Shown here piece after piece: positions 37,091 through 49,960 of a stretch of DNA of 64,000 nucleotides. The stretch's first letter is position 1; the number at the start of each line of letters is the position of its first letter. A program made the position numbers and the translations under genes. Location: the NCBI RefSeq assembly GCF_016433145.1, contig NC_058131.1:91791843-91855842 (forward strand), in the 5' to 3' direction. The notes beneath the pieces are model-generated. The model made no database searches and had not been told where the DNA came from. It worked only from the letters and a program-made list of their open reading frames with translations. The DNA is from Gracilinanus agilis. Its lineage: Eukaryota.

Positions 37091-37819
37091 GAATAGCCAA
37101 CAACTTGGTTCAGGCCAACAATACCTCTTGCCTTGTACAATGGCCACCTACTTAAATCTCCTAGTTACAAATCTCGCATTACATTCTAGCTCTTTGTCTA
37201 CAATGCTGCCAAAGTGGTTTTCCTTAAGCATAGATATCTTCAAAAGTTATAGGGTCTTCCACAAAGCACTTAATACCTGGATCAACCTGGCCCTCACTGG
37301 AGCTAATGGTTACAAAAGCTTTGAACCTAATATGATGAACTCTAGTTTGTTTCTAAATAAGTAATTTTTAGAATCTTATCCTTCAGTGAAGTCTATGACC
37401 TTTGATAGGAAGGGAAAAAAGACAGACTTTCTTTAGGACCTTGGTCTTTCTGTTCTTGACTAGATGGCTCAGCTTGGTGAAAGGAACTCATTCCTTATCT
37501 TCGCTCTTTCCTCCCAGGACTCTGAAATTGTGGCTCTGGCCTCATAAATAGTCTAACTATGGCCTCCCCTGCCACTGCCACTAAGGAAGCTGCCTTAGGC
37601 TCTACCTCCTGTCCCTTTCAGGACACTCACTCCTCCTCTAGTTAACTACCCATGTTATCTGCCATTTGGTATGTACTAGAAGCAGAAGCTGAGGTGAAAC
37701 ATGAACTAAAATTTTTCTTGATTCTAAGCCCAGTGGACTTTCACTACAATTACTACTTGGCAGCTAGAAAAATATTTAGATTTCTTAAAGAGATATGTTT
37801 TTCCCCTTATCTTTCCTCC

Positions 37820-38570
37820 CAAATCTTCTCGTAACTTCCTCATTACTAAGTGTGCCACCATCCTTTTAGTAACCCTGGCTAGATGCCTAGGTGTAATTTT
37901 TTACTCCTCTCATTTCCTCATTGTCCTCTCCCCATCCAATCAGCTGCCAAGTCTTGTCATTTCTACCTTTGTAATATCTCTCATGTCTCCTTTTTTCATT
38001 TAACATTGCTGCTCCCATGAAGTAGGCCCTCATCACCTTATCCCTGGACTATTTTAACAGTTCACCTCTCTATTCAATTAACTCCAATGGCTCCCTTTTG
38101 CCTCCAGGATAAAATATAAATTTCTCCATTTGGATTTTAAAACCCTTTAAAATCGGGCCTCACCCTTGCCTGAAAAATCTTATACCTTAATCTCCTACAA
38201 ATAATCTTTGATTCAGTAACACTGGTCTCTTTGCTATGGTTCAGTCTCACATGTCACCTTTATCTCTAGACTCAGTGTTTTTCTTTGACTGTCTGTCATG
38301 CTTGGAATTCTCTCCCTTCTCATCTCTACCTCACTGCTTCTCTAGTTTCCTTCATCTCATCTTAAGTCCTACTTTCTACCAAAAAGCCTCCGGAATTAAT
38401 CCAGTATACCTTGTATATATCTTGTTTACACATAGTTGCTTATATGTTAGCTCCTTCATTAGTATGTAAGCTCCTTGAAAGCAGGGGACTTTCTTTTGCT
38501 TATCTTTGTATACCCAGCACTAAGCCCAGTGCCTGGCACATAACCATGCTTAATAAATACCTGTTGAATT
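37820..38570 (+). mobile_element. L2-like 3' end fragment
   Basis: CCAATCAGCTGCCAAGTC...CCTGGACTA...CTCCTTGAAAGCAGGG...GTGCCTGGCACATA...TTAATAAAT. Confidence 0.65.
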
Positions 38571-39544
38571 GATTTGACAAGAAACTAAAAAGAAATGTAG
38601 TAAGAAAGCTGGAATGAAGAAATTAATTTCAGAGGACATCTGGAATAAACCTATATGGAAGTAACACTAGACATATATGACTTGTTACCTCATAATCTTT
38701 TCTCCAAGCACATAAAATGCTGAGGGAAGATATTATCATATATATTTTATAGAGAAAGAAATTAAACCCATTATAGTGACTCATTGATGCAATTAGGACT
38801 AGAAGCTCATACAATGGGCAAAACAATATTCCAAAATAATTCCTTCCTTCTTTAAGATCAAGATATGAATTATTCTACCTAGGACTTAAATGTCTGATTT
38901 GGCATTTATAGCCATACCTTTTCCCCTTCTTAACTCCTCTCCATCTTGAATTTCCATGACACTACTTTTTCTTGGTTCATCTTCTACCTGCCTGGCTGTT
39001 CTTTCTTTAATCTCTTCTGAAGGATCATCATCCTTCTTCCATTCAGGCTGTGTGCATACAATCTAGAGTTTTGTCATGGGCCTTCTTTTTGCTCTATAAT
39101 CTCTTGTTCATCATTTTAATTAGCATCTTTCCCAATCTCTTTCCTGATTTCCAGTTTCCAAATCACCAATTGTCTACCATGCATGTTGATAGCTGGATCA
39201 TAAGCATTTCAAATTCAATGTGTCCAAAATAGAGCTCATTATTGTTTTCCCCCAAATCCTCCCTTCTTCCTGGTTTCCCTATTTCTACTAGGGTCATAAT
39301 CATCTTTCTAGTTCACCACATATGTTAGCCTCAACTCTCCCTTTGCCCTCATCACTCACCCATTTCTTATGGGGCAAGAAAATCATTTTATCAATCCAAT
39401 AATTTTTAATAATATTGAAGAGGAATGTCTAAACAATGCATACAAAAAGCCATGGAAACACCTACATTTCTATTTCTGTAGGAAGAACAATAGTATTTAC
39501 CAAGCAAGCAGAAACCATTCCTAGTTTCATTCAACTGACTTTAA

Positions 39545-40090
39545 GAATTATTTTTGTTGTTTGTCCTTTATTTTTGAAGAGGACCAATGACATCATGGGG
39601 TAATGTCTTAGACTTCTGCATGAACTGGTTTTAAGTGAGGCAGAGCTGCACAAAGTCATCAGCCTCACCTTTCCTTCCAGAGTCGCTAAAGTCCAGTGGC
39701 AAGATTAAGAGTCAGGATGATTGACGATGGTCCAGGATGAAGTGGATAACCATGGCATCTCTGATGTCCGACCAAGCTCTAAGTACTCCAGTGCCTGTTT
39801 CAGCTGCCTTAATGGCCACTGGAACAAACTCCCTCTCATTCCACTGGGGGGAGTTTTCACAGGTTTGGAGGAGAAACCCCCTAATTCAGCAATGGGCTTG
39901 TGGCCCATAGGTTACCCTCAACCTGGCTTAGTTCATCTGCAGAGGTGTGGCTGCTGGGCATGCTACAGTTCTTTGGAGCCACAGGGCAAAGTTGAGTGTA
40001 TGGATATTCAAGGAGGACTAGAGCCTCTGGTGTGAGGCCTTGTCAAACCCTTTTCAGGGCTGCTCATCCACATTTGGTGTCCACCTGGCA
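39545..40090. mobile_element. MAR1/RTE-related marsupial retroposon
   Basis: GAAGAGGACCA.TGACATC...TTAAGTGAGG...GTCCAGTGGCAAGA...GATGGTCCAGGATG head, recalled from marsupial MAR1/RTE SINEs. Confidence 0.55.
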
Positions 40091-41449
40091 CATTAAGAAA
40101 AATATACTTGGTGAAAAAGTCAAGAACTTTTATAAGATGGTCATAGTCTGGTCCTGAATGGAAGGAAACAATGGAAACAAGTAGGCAATGATTGAACAAC
40201 TGAACAGAATTACAAGGAACTGACTACAAGGAGACTAGGTAAAGTATCAGGGAAAGTGAATTCCTTAGGAAAATGTCAGTCAGAGTAAATGTCAGTCAAA
40301 ACAAAAGGAAAACTAAAATCATTATTAAAAAATATCTGAAATGATCTGAAAGTATGTTATGAATTATTATAACTGGTAAAATTTCTGTATGCTATGTTGC
40401 ATTTTGAATTGCTCCCAAATTGTTAAATATTTCATTATAAATTTCCTTGGCATACACAACTCTACCAAGTCCAGAGAGAATAAATATTATTTAACAACTC
40501 AGGATTTGCAATTTAACAATGTGTCCACTCTGAAATCTGAATGAAAAGAATAACATGATTTTCATATACATAAATAGATAAGAAAGAGGAGGTTACTGCC
40601 ATCTCCAACTTATCATCTCATCAATTTTGGCTGTGTCCAAGATCAACATTCTAAAACAGTAAAGTTTTGGGAAAAGAGACTTAACATTTAAAATAAATTG
40701 ATGGTGGTGTTATCTTTACTTGAAGATAATGCCACCAATAGTGATATATACTGTCCTGGACTTCAGTCTAGATAGGTTAGAGAGATAGTTAAGAATTCCT
40801 TACTTTTCATTCTCATCCAGAAGAGCAATCTAAGTTAGTTTAGTGAGGGAAATTTGTTTTCTTTAACTCGCTGCTTGCTTTATTTTTCTATACATGTCTA
40901 AATCTATAAAATAAAGTTGGAAACTCAATCTCTTACTCATTTTAACAGAAGTTGATTATCAAGTCTCTATTAAAATCAATAGTATTCCTTGTTGACAATC
41001 CAATTCAATCAAAACATACTCTTAGAATTTATGAAGTTGGGACCTTCAAAGAGGAGATAGTGTGTTAGATGGTTATAAAACTAGCTCTGTAATCAATTTA
41101 GCAAAAAAACAGCTTTTCTTCCTGAACAATTACTTTGTAAAAGGACACTGAGTGAGTATTCAGCAGATTAGAGTTTGATCACTGGGAACAACATAATGGT
41201 TGTATTTGGTCACCACCCACAGCAGGGATTATCCCCAATATAAAAGAGAAAATATGAGTAGGTACAACAAGAGTTTTCTGGAGAAAAAGAGAAACCGATC
41301 TGTCTGCATGGCATGAAAATTGTCATTCTCTCTCTAAGGGGCACTTTGCCCTGGGAAAGACCTTGGCATTTGCAAATCTAACAGAATAGCTAAGTAACAG
41401 AGAAAGCTGAGAGAGATTACAAATCAAGCACAGCAGGAGTGAGGCAGGG

Positions 41450-41522
41450 AGGGGGAGGGAGAGAGAGAAAGAGAGACAGAGACAGACAGATAGACAGACA
41501 GAGAAAGACAGAGACAGAGAGA
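41450..41522. repeat. (GA)n/(GACA)n compound microsatellite
   Basis: Direct reading. Confidence 0.9.
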
Positions 41523-41627
41523 AATTACTTAAGTATTTCCTTCTCTGGCCATCTAAATCCCACTGTGATGGTCAACTGTTAGGCAAACAGAATTGCAAAA
41601 ACACAACCGAAGAAGTATGGTGTAAAG

Positions 41628-41834
41628 CAGGGGTCAGCAACGTATGGCTCTCAAGCCATATCTGGCTCTTTTGAGGGCCAGATATGGCTCTTTCTGCAGG
41701 AGCCATAAAGTCAATTTTTTTTCAGGCGCTGTTTACAGGAGCGGAACTGTGAGCACTGTACGGCTCTCACGAAATTACATTTTAAAAAATGTGGCGTTTA
41801 TGGCTCTCACGGCCAAAAAGGTTGCCGACCCCTG
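41628..41834. mobile_element. 207-bp non-autonomous hAT (Charlie-type) DNA transposon / MITE
   Basis: 14-bp TIRs CAGGGGTCAGCAAC / GTTGCCGACCCCTG (1 mismatch); perfect 8-bp TSD GTGTAAAG (41620-41627, 41835-41842); five GGCTCT subterminal motifs. Confidence 0.95.
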
Positions 41835-42317
41835 GTGTAAAGGAACACAGAGCTGGGAATCCAAAGACTAAGTCCTAGCACTGGTCCTGCCATTATCTGG
41901 TTGTGTAAATTTGGGTGAGTCTCTTGAGCATTTTCATCCAGTTTCCTCATGTGTAAAACTGGAGAAAAATGAATTAGATAATCTATAATGATATCAAGTC
42001 TCCAATGAAATATTTTTTCCACAGATCAAAAGCTTTGCATTAAGTATATATATATGGTATGTTAGATACCATGAAGATTGCACTTTTCAAAAGATGTGTG
42101 GTTTCCTCAGGGTGAGGACTTCCTCTAATAATGAATCACAAACTCTTTATACTTTTAACAGTTGGTCTTATGAGATATAATGGCCAAAATAATTCACTCA
42201 AGTCAGAGAAAAAAATAAATAATTGGAGTACAAAAGTTCTCACTTTACTATGACTTAATTTTAAAAATGATTTATGGATATGAAATTCACATTTAGAGGG
42301 AGAAAGGTAAAGAGGGA

Positions 42318-42368
42318 GGTAGAGATAGACAGAGAGACAGAAAGACAGAGACAGAGACAGAGACAGAG
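42318..42368. repeat. (GA)n/(GAGACA)n microsatellite
   Basis: Direct reading. Confidence 0.9.
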
Positions 42369-42403
42369 AACGAACTTATCTTCAGTTTGCATTTTTCCAG
42401 CAC

Positions 42404-42527
42404 CTTGGGTCTTGTTCTGTGTAGATGCATTCAGTATGTTTTTTATTCCCAAAGCTAGTCCGAAATACATTACAACACCTAAGGTTCTTCTGACAAGTAT
42501 AGAATAAAACGCCATCTGTAGCCCATT
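42404..42527 (-). CDS. PREPL: PREPL coding exon 5/14
   Basis: ttttcAG|AA TGG...CCA AG|GTgctg; 124 nt, restores frame between neighbours; WATDGVLFYTCQKNLRCCNVFRTSFGNKKHTECIYTEQDP. Confidence 0.92.
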
Positions 42528-43364
42528 CTGAAAATGGAAAACAATAAAAGTGATGAAACACTACTACATTGTAACAGAAAAGCACAATGGTTATGATTCT
42601 GTTTTCAAGTTTATTCTTGGAAACTAAAAGTTAAAGTGAAATCAATTACCCTGAATCAGGATAACAATAGCAGCTGACACTTATATAGCACATTGAGTGC
42701 AAAGCACTTTTCCACGTGCTTTCTCATCTGATCCTCAAAACTACTTTTAAAGTAATTTTGTCCCCATTTTACATATGAAGGAACTAAGGCTGAGAAAATT
42801 CTTGAGCCTCATCCAGGTTCACAAAGCCAATAAGCCAGAGAGCCTAAAAGAAACTACTATTGCTTCTGCATAAGTTTTCAAGTATTTGTCAATATTTACA
42901 TTGTCTCCTATAAGGGACTTTTCAAGAAACCATAAAAGATTTAAAGCTTTAGAATTTTGATCAGACCAAAAAGAAAGCACAATAGGTTAAAATACATGAT
43001 GGTAGAAGAAAAAAATGGGAGATAATTTATGACTATATTTAGAATTTAATATTAAATTATAAAAATAAGTTTGCTATATCCTTAATAATGGTACAGCATT
43101 GCTGATGAATGCTAGATTAATATTTTTTCAATTCCTGAAAGTGACTATGGTCTGTATAACTATTGTTTCAAATACAGTTTTGCAGTTCAAAGATAACAAA
43201 AGCTTAACATTTAAATTTTATCAGATGCATCTTACTATTTTCATCTTATCAGAAAAGCTACCCATTAGAATAAACCAAGTTAGCACTTATTGAATTATAT
43301 CATATACATTATCTAATATGTTGACTCTATGTGTGTATGTATATATATAAAAATAAAAAAATAT

Positions 43365-44240
43365 AAAAACTCTTATCTTCTGTCTTAAAATTGATATTAA
43401 GTATCAGTTCCAAGGCATGTAAAGGGGAAAATTATGGTTGTACTGAATATGTAAGAATTTTGGTTGCCAGGAATTGATTACACAATTTCAAATTAAAGAC
43501 TCAAGTCAGAATGACTTTTATGGTAGTTTATTCACAAATAGGAAGAAAAAAAGTAGGGAAAATGAAAGAGAGAGATATAATTATTCCGGCCTGGTCTGAA
43601 GGTCTGAACCAGGCAGGGCTTCAGAGGCTGCAGCAAAAGAAGGCAAAGAGGTTAATTAAACAAGGTCTCTAGCCACGAGGCCTCTAAGACGAGAGGCCTC
43701 TTCGGAGGTCCAGAAAAGCCAAGGAAAGGGAGTCAGCCTTTCACTCAGCCACGTGACAATCCAAAAGGAAGCAATTTGAGGTCTCCAACCCAAGTTCCTC
43801 CAAGGCTGAGTTCAAAGGGCAAAAATCCCCTTTACAGGAAGTTACCAACATATTTAAAAGATAGTTCTTTGCATCACTTCCTGTGTCCACCTTCCAGTTA
43901 AAGGCGGACAAATGGCAGCTTTAACCTTGCTTTGGACTGCCCAGGGGGCAGTCAATTGTTTTTGATTTGTCACTTGCTAGCACATGTGGGTCATATCCCC
44001 CTCACCCCCCACGCCACTTAATTCTTAAATGGGGTGGGGTGTATACATTCCTGGTGGCTAAAGTCTAAAGAATAAATAGGGGAGAGATAATTCCATCTTC
44101 ATAAGCAGAAGAGTAAGGGCTAGGTTATTGGGGTTAAGTGATTTGCCTGGGGGGTGGTCACAAAACTAGGAAGTGTGTGAAGTTAATTTTGAACCTAAGA
44201 TCTCCCTTCTCTATGGCAAGCTCTCTATCCACTGAGCCAC

Positions 44241-44243
<3 letters not shown>
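43365..44243 (-). mobile_element. SINE1_Mdo-like SINE split by a solo LTR
   Basis: ...TTCCAAGGCA (to 43417) and AGCAGAAGAGTAAGGGCTAGG... (from 44104) join into a contiguous SINE. Confidence 0.8.
43418..44103 (-). mobile_element. Solo LTR (about 686 bp)
   Basis: Ends TGTAAAG...CTTCATA (decayed TG...CA); 4-bp TSD-like GGCA/AGCA; AATAAA on - at 43527-43532. Confidence 0.75.

Positions 44244-44294
<51 letters not shown>
44241..44294. repeat. (CTAT)13 microsatellite
   Basis: Direct reading. Confidence 0.95.
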
Positions 44295-44295
<1 letters not shown>

Positions 44296-45129
44296 AATAA
44301 AACCTCCCAATAAGTGGGAAGTATAATAATGTGGGCAGTTCCTTTATTAACTTTAATTATAATTTTCATATGGATGACTCTTAATTCTTTATCTCTAGTT
44401 CTGACTTATTTCTCAGATGAATTCATATCCATATTTCCAGCTATGTCTTGATTATTTCAAATTGGATCTCCTGATGTAGTTCTAATTCAATAATTTAAAA
44501 CCAAATTAATCACAATATTCTAAAAGCTCTTTTTCTTTTTGTAATGGTACCATCATATTTCTAGTTATTCAATTTCAAACCTAGCTTTCAAGAGTAATAT
44601 TTGAATCTTACCATATCTTTGTTTCCTATTTATTCCCAACTCCTTTTAACTATTCTTAGGAGGCATGCACTTAAGGCCTTTTGCTATCTTCATTACCTTA
44701 CTGTAGTTTCTCTTCTGTGTATCTGCTTCTTAAAAATGGTGCATGGACCTGAACATACTCCACAGTGAAAAAAGACATCTTTCCATGATTTTTGGATGCT
44801 AGATCTCTCAATGTTGCCTGAGATTATGGGAAGATGTCTTTTTTTGACTGCATATAAAACTCAACTCGTATTGAACCTGGTAGTACATAAAGTCCCAGAT
44901 ATATTTTTAAAAATAATTTTTAATGTTCTGAATTTAACCATAACAAGAGTATTTCCATATACAAAGTAGAAGAGAAAAATAGGATTATTTGTAAAAGCAT
45001 GAATATTATAAATAGTTTGCTTTTTTAAAAGTACATTAATAAATTTGACATATTACTTTCAAAGTTATATTACTTGACTGTGTTTCCTTCTGAAATTCTT
45101 TCTATTCCTATTTAAAAAAATGATTCAGA

Positions 45130-45500
45130 GAGGGTAGCCAGGTGGCTCAATGGATAGAAAGCCAAGCCTGGAGATAGGAGATCCTGGATTAAAATGTGGC
45201 TTGATACTTCCTGGCTGTGTGACCCTGGGCAAATCACTTAACTCCAATTGCCTATCCCTTATTGCTCCTCTGCCTTGGAACTAATACTTGGTATTGATTT
45301 TAAGACTGAAGGTGGGGCAGCTGGGTAGCTTAGTGGATTGAGAGTCAGGCCTAGAGAAGGGAGGTCCTAGGTTCAAATCCGGCCTCAGACACTTCCCAGC
45401 TGTGTGACCCTGGGCAAGTCACTTGACCCCCCACTGCCCACCCTTACAGTCACTCTTCCACCAAAGAACCAATACACAGAAGTTAAGGGTTTAAAAAAAA
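45130..45500 (+). mobile_element. Head-to-tail pair of SINE1_Mdo-like SINEs (second starts about 45314)
   Basis: Two consecutive bodies; the second begins right after GAAGGT in the tail of the first. Confidence 0.85.
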
Positions 45501-46779
45501 TCCAGTGACTATCTTTTATTATTTTCTCTTTTGGGGGCAATCTTATTAGGAATTCACTTTCCCCCTAAAATCTAGGCTGCCTCCTCCCCCCCAAAAATTA
45601 TCCTCATAACAAATCTCATGATCAAACAAAAAAAATCTATAAATTTTCCATGAATAAAAATATATGTTTAATTCTGTACCATGAATTCATTAAGCTTCTG
45701 TTCAGGACATAGTAGCATGCGTCCTCATTAATCCTCTGTAATCATGATTGGCTATTGCAACAATAAGATTGCATAAGTCTTTAAAGTCATTTTTCTTTAT
45801 GATGTTGTTAACTGTATAAATTGTTTTCCTGGTCATATTCACTTACCACTGCATTAGTTCATTTAAGTCTGCCCAAGTTTTATAAAATTATTTATTTTGT
45901 CATTATTTAAAGCAGAAGAACATTCCATTATATTAAAACATCATCATTTGTTCAGCTATTCTCCAATGGACAGATGCCCTCTTCATTTCCAGTTCTTTGC
46001 TAGAATTTAGTACAAAGCCTGGCATACAGTTTACATTTAATAAATGCTTATTAATTGACTGATGAAAAGAGCTGCTATAAATATTTTTGTACAGATAAGT
46101 CCTTTTCCTCCTTCTTTTATCTCTTTGTAGAATCTGGTAATATCACTAGGAAAGGGAGCTCCTTGATATTTTTCTGAGAACTGGTGTCAAACCATATCTC
46201 CCCTTCTCCTCTATTTATAGCTTATCTTTTGAGCCCAAGTCTAACACCTAATAACTTAATCTAAGGGCCCCTGGGCTTTAATATCTACCCTTCAGCTTAA
46301 CTTTATTTTGATGTCTCCCTTAACTACTTAACAACTCCTTCAAAGTAGGGACTTGCTTACTTTCAATCTGTATTCCTAATGCTTATCATGACACTTAGCA
46401 CTCAGTATGTTCTTAATAACTGCTTTTTCTTTCATTTATTTGATAAAAAGATTAAATAGTAATAGTACAAAGCACAGATCCCTGGGATATCCATAGGATT
46501 ACAGATTTATAGTTGGAAGGAAACTTAGAAGTCATCTAATCCAACCCCCTCATTTTTTACGGATGAGGAAACTGAGGCCCAAGAGCTTTAAGTGACTGGC
46601 TTAATGTAATACATGTAGTACTCTTGGGATTCAAACACCGAGAAATAGCAGCATTCTTCCCAATGTACCACACTGCCTCTTTCTAAGTTGACATCAAATC
46701 ATTAAAGACTCCTCTGTAATCAAGCTCCTCAAACCAGTTCCAAATCTATCCTTCTATAGATAGATTGCTTGACACTAAT

Positions 46780-47520
46780 ACTTTGTTGATGGAACTCTGA
46801 ACTGATATAACCATTCTGGAGAGTAATTTGGAACCATGCCCAAAGGACCATAAAACTGTGCATACACCTCTGACTCAGCAATACAACTACTATACCTATA
46901 TTCCAAAGAGATCCAAGATAGGGGGAAAGGACCTATTTGTCCCAAGATTTTTTGTGGTGGTAAAGAACTAAAAACTAAAGGGAGGTCCATCATTTGGGTA
47001 ATGGTTAAACAACTTGCAGTATATGACTGTAATGGAATATTATTTGTTATAAGAAATGACAAACAATATAATCACCAAAAAAACCTGGAAAGACTTATAT
47101 GAAGTGGTACAAGTAAAGTGAGTGGAACCAGGGAACACTATATACAGTAACAGCAATAAAGTATGGTCAACTGTGAATGACTAAACTCTTATTAGCAATG
47201 TAAGGACCCAAGATAACCCAAAGAGACTCATGACAAATAAAGTTATCCAGCACCATAGAAGGAACTGATGGAGTCTGGATGCAGATTGAAGCATACCATT
47301 TTTCATTTTATCTCCATGAGTTTTTTCTTTCATATGTGTCTTTAATCACAATATGATGAACATGGAAATATATATTGTATAATAACACATATAACCTATA
47401 TCATATTAACTGCCGTCTTGGGGAAGGGTTGAAGGGAGGGAAAGAACGTGAATTACAAAATGTCAGAAAATGATTACTGAAAATTGTATTGACGTGTAAT
47501 CTGGAAAACAAACAAATATA
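46780..47520 (+). mobile_element. L1 ORF2 3' end and 3' UTR fragment
   Basis: CCATTCTGGAGAG.AATTTGGAA..ATGCCCAAAGG...GAAATGA...GACTTATATGAA motifs. Confidence 0.75.
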
Positions 47521-47529
47521 CTTATAACT

Positions 47530-48215
47530 CAAAAAGGAATTAAAAAATCAAGTAAGAAGAAAAATGGTGGAAAGAAATGAAAGTAATACAAAAAAGAAAA
47601 TAACAGATTAAAAAGCAAAATTGGTCATCTGGAAAAAGACGCATAGAAATCCAATTAAGAAAAGAGTTCCATGAAAAGTAGAATGGTCAAAATGAAAAAG
47701 GAGAATCAAAAGGTTATGGAAGAAATTAATTATTTAAAAATTAGAATTGGGCAAACACAAGCCAATGACTTCATGAGATGTCAAGAAACAATAAAACAAA
47801 ATGAAAAGAATGAAAAAAATATGAACTACCTCATTGAAAAAACAATGAACCTGGAAAATAGATCTAGGAAAGACTATTTAAAAAATTACCGGACTACCTG
47901 AAAGTCATAATAAAAAAAAAAGCCTAGATATCATTTTACTAGAAATTATCAAATAAAAGTGCCATGATATTCTTGAACAAGGGGGTAAAATAGAACTTGA
48001 GAGAATCCACAGATCACCTCCTGCAATAAATACCCAAATAACAACTCCCAGGAATGTTATAGCCAAGTTCAAGAGCTCCTAGGCCAAGGCGAAAATATTG
48101 CAAGCAGCCAGAAAGAAACAATTAAGATCTAATAGAACCCCAGTCAAGATTGCATAGGATTCGACAGCTTCCACACTGAAGGATCAGAAGGCTTGGAATA
48201 TGATATTCTGAAAAG
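47530..48215 (+). mobile_element. L1 ORF1 fragment (decayed)
   Basis: Coiled-coil-like ...LKIRIGQTQANDFMRCQETIKQNEKNEK...NLENRSR, followed by RIHRSPP- and ILQAARK-like ORF1p motifs. Confidence 0.8.
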
Positions 48216-48220
48216 GAAAC

Positions 48221-48660
48221 TGAGGATGGTGACAATATTAAGCCTTTGTGGCATTTAAAATTATTGTAAGCCCTGGGAGACTACAACTCTCAGGACTCTC
48301 TGCTACAACTTCCCCCAACACCTCCTTTTCAGGCTAGTTCTCTGTTCTCTTGAGCCTGGAGGCTCTGATCCTGGAATCTCTCTACCTGGGAGACCCTTTT
48401 CCCCTACTTAACATTAACCTTTCCCTTTTCTAAATCTAAATAAAAATCTAGCTATTCTAAACCCTAAGTTGCTCTCTTATCTTTTATTTGAGCCCCGAAG
48501 GGCTCTGGTTAATATCTCCCGCCAAGGCTGGGGACTGCTATTTTCCTCTACCTTCCTTTCTCCTTTCTCCCATCCATCTTTCCTTCTACTTTCCTCCCTT
48601 TACTCTCACACCTTACTCTCATTGGAATTGGCTCAGAGAGGGAAGAGCAGCCAGATTCAC
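48221..48660 (+). mobile_element. LTR-like insertion between L1 fragments
   Basis: Composition break, AATAAA near 48439, LTR-like text. No TSD resolved. Confidence 0.35.
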
Positions 48661-48689
48661 TGGGATATAGAATCCTATCTTATCCTACA

Positions 48690-49960
48690 GAGAAGTAGAA
48701 GGAAAATAAGAAAGGGAGTGGTGGGAGGGGAGTAATATAAGGGAGGGAGAAGTTGCGTGTGTGATTAAAAGAACCCATAGAAAAGTAGAAGGGGAATAAA
48801 AAGGGTGGTGGTAGGAGGGGAAGTAATAAGAGAAGGGGAATGGGGAAGTGATTAAAAGAAAACAATGTGTGTGGAGTGACAGAGTGGGAAAAAAAGGGCA
48901 ATATTAGAAGAGGAAAAGAAGATGGAAGGGAATACACAGATGGTAATCATAATTGTGAATGTAAATGGGATGATCTCATCCATAAAATAGAAGTGGATAG
49001 TAAGAGTGGATTAAAAACCAGAATCCTACCTTATGCTGTTTACGAGAACCACATATGAGGTAGGTAGACACACACAAGGCAAAGTTAAGGGGTTGGTAAG
49101 GTAAGCAGAATTTTTGGGGCTTCAACTGAGATAAAAAAGTAGGAGTGGCAATTATGATCTCAGTCAAAGCTGAAGCAAAAATTGATCTGATTAAAAGAGA
49201 TAAGGAAGATAATTACATTTTGATAAAAGGTAGTATAGACAATGAAATAATATCAGTATTTAACATATATGCACCAAATAGTATAGCATCAAGATTTTTA
49301 AAGGAGAATCTAAAGGAGTTTAAGAAGGAAATAGTAAAACTATATTAGTGGGGGATTTCAACCTTCCCCCATCAGAACTAGATAAATCTAATCAAAGAAT
49401 AAATAAGTAAAAGAAGTAAATGAAATTTTAGAAGAGAGAGATGTAATAGATATCTAGAGAAAACAAAATAGGGATCAAAAGGAATATATCTTCTTTTAAG
49501 TAGCACATGGTACATATGCAAAAATTGACCATGTACTAAGGCATAAAAACTTCAGAACCAAAAGCAGAAAAGCATAAACAACCAATGTAACTTTTCCAGA
49601 TCATAATGCAATAAAAATTATAATCAATAAAGGTTCATGGAAAGCCAAGTTAAAAATTATTTGAAAAGTAATTCTTTAAAATAGGTGGGTTAAAGAACAA
49701 ATTATAGACAGCCAAAGCAGTACTTGGGGAAATTTTATATCCCTGAAAGAGAAAAAGCAGATCAATGAATTAGGCATGCAATTAAGAAAACTAGAAAAAG
49801 AACAAATTTAAAATTCTCAATTAATGACTAAATTAGAAATCCTGAAAATCAAAGGAGAAATTAATAAAATTAAAAGTAAAAGAACTGTTGAACTAATAAA
49901 TAAGAGTAGGAGTTGGTTCTATGGGGAAAAAAAACCAAATAAAATAGAGCATTGGTTAAT
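48690..49960 (+). mobile_element. L1 inter-ORF region and ORF2 endonuclease fragment (decayed)
   Basis: AIMISVK...KRDKEDNYILIKG...NIYAPN, VGDFN, KIDH and DHNA motifs. Confidence 0.85.
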
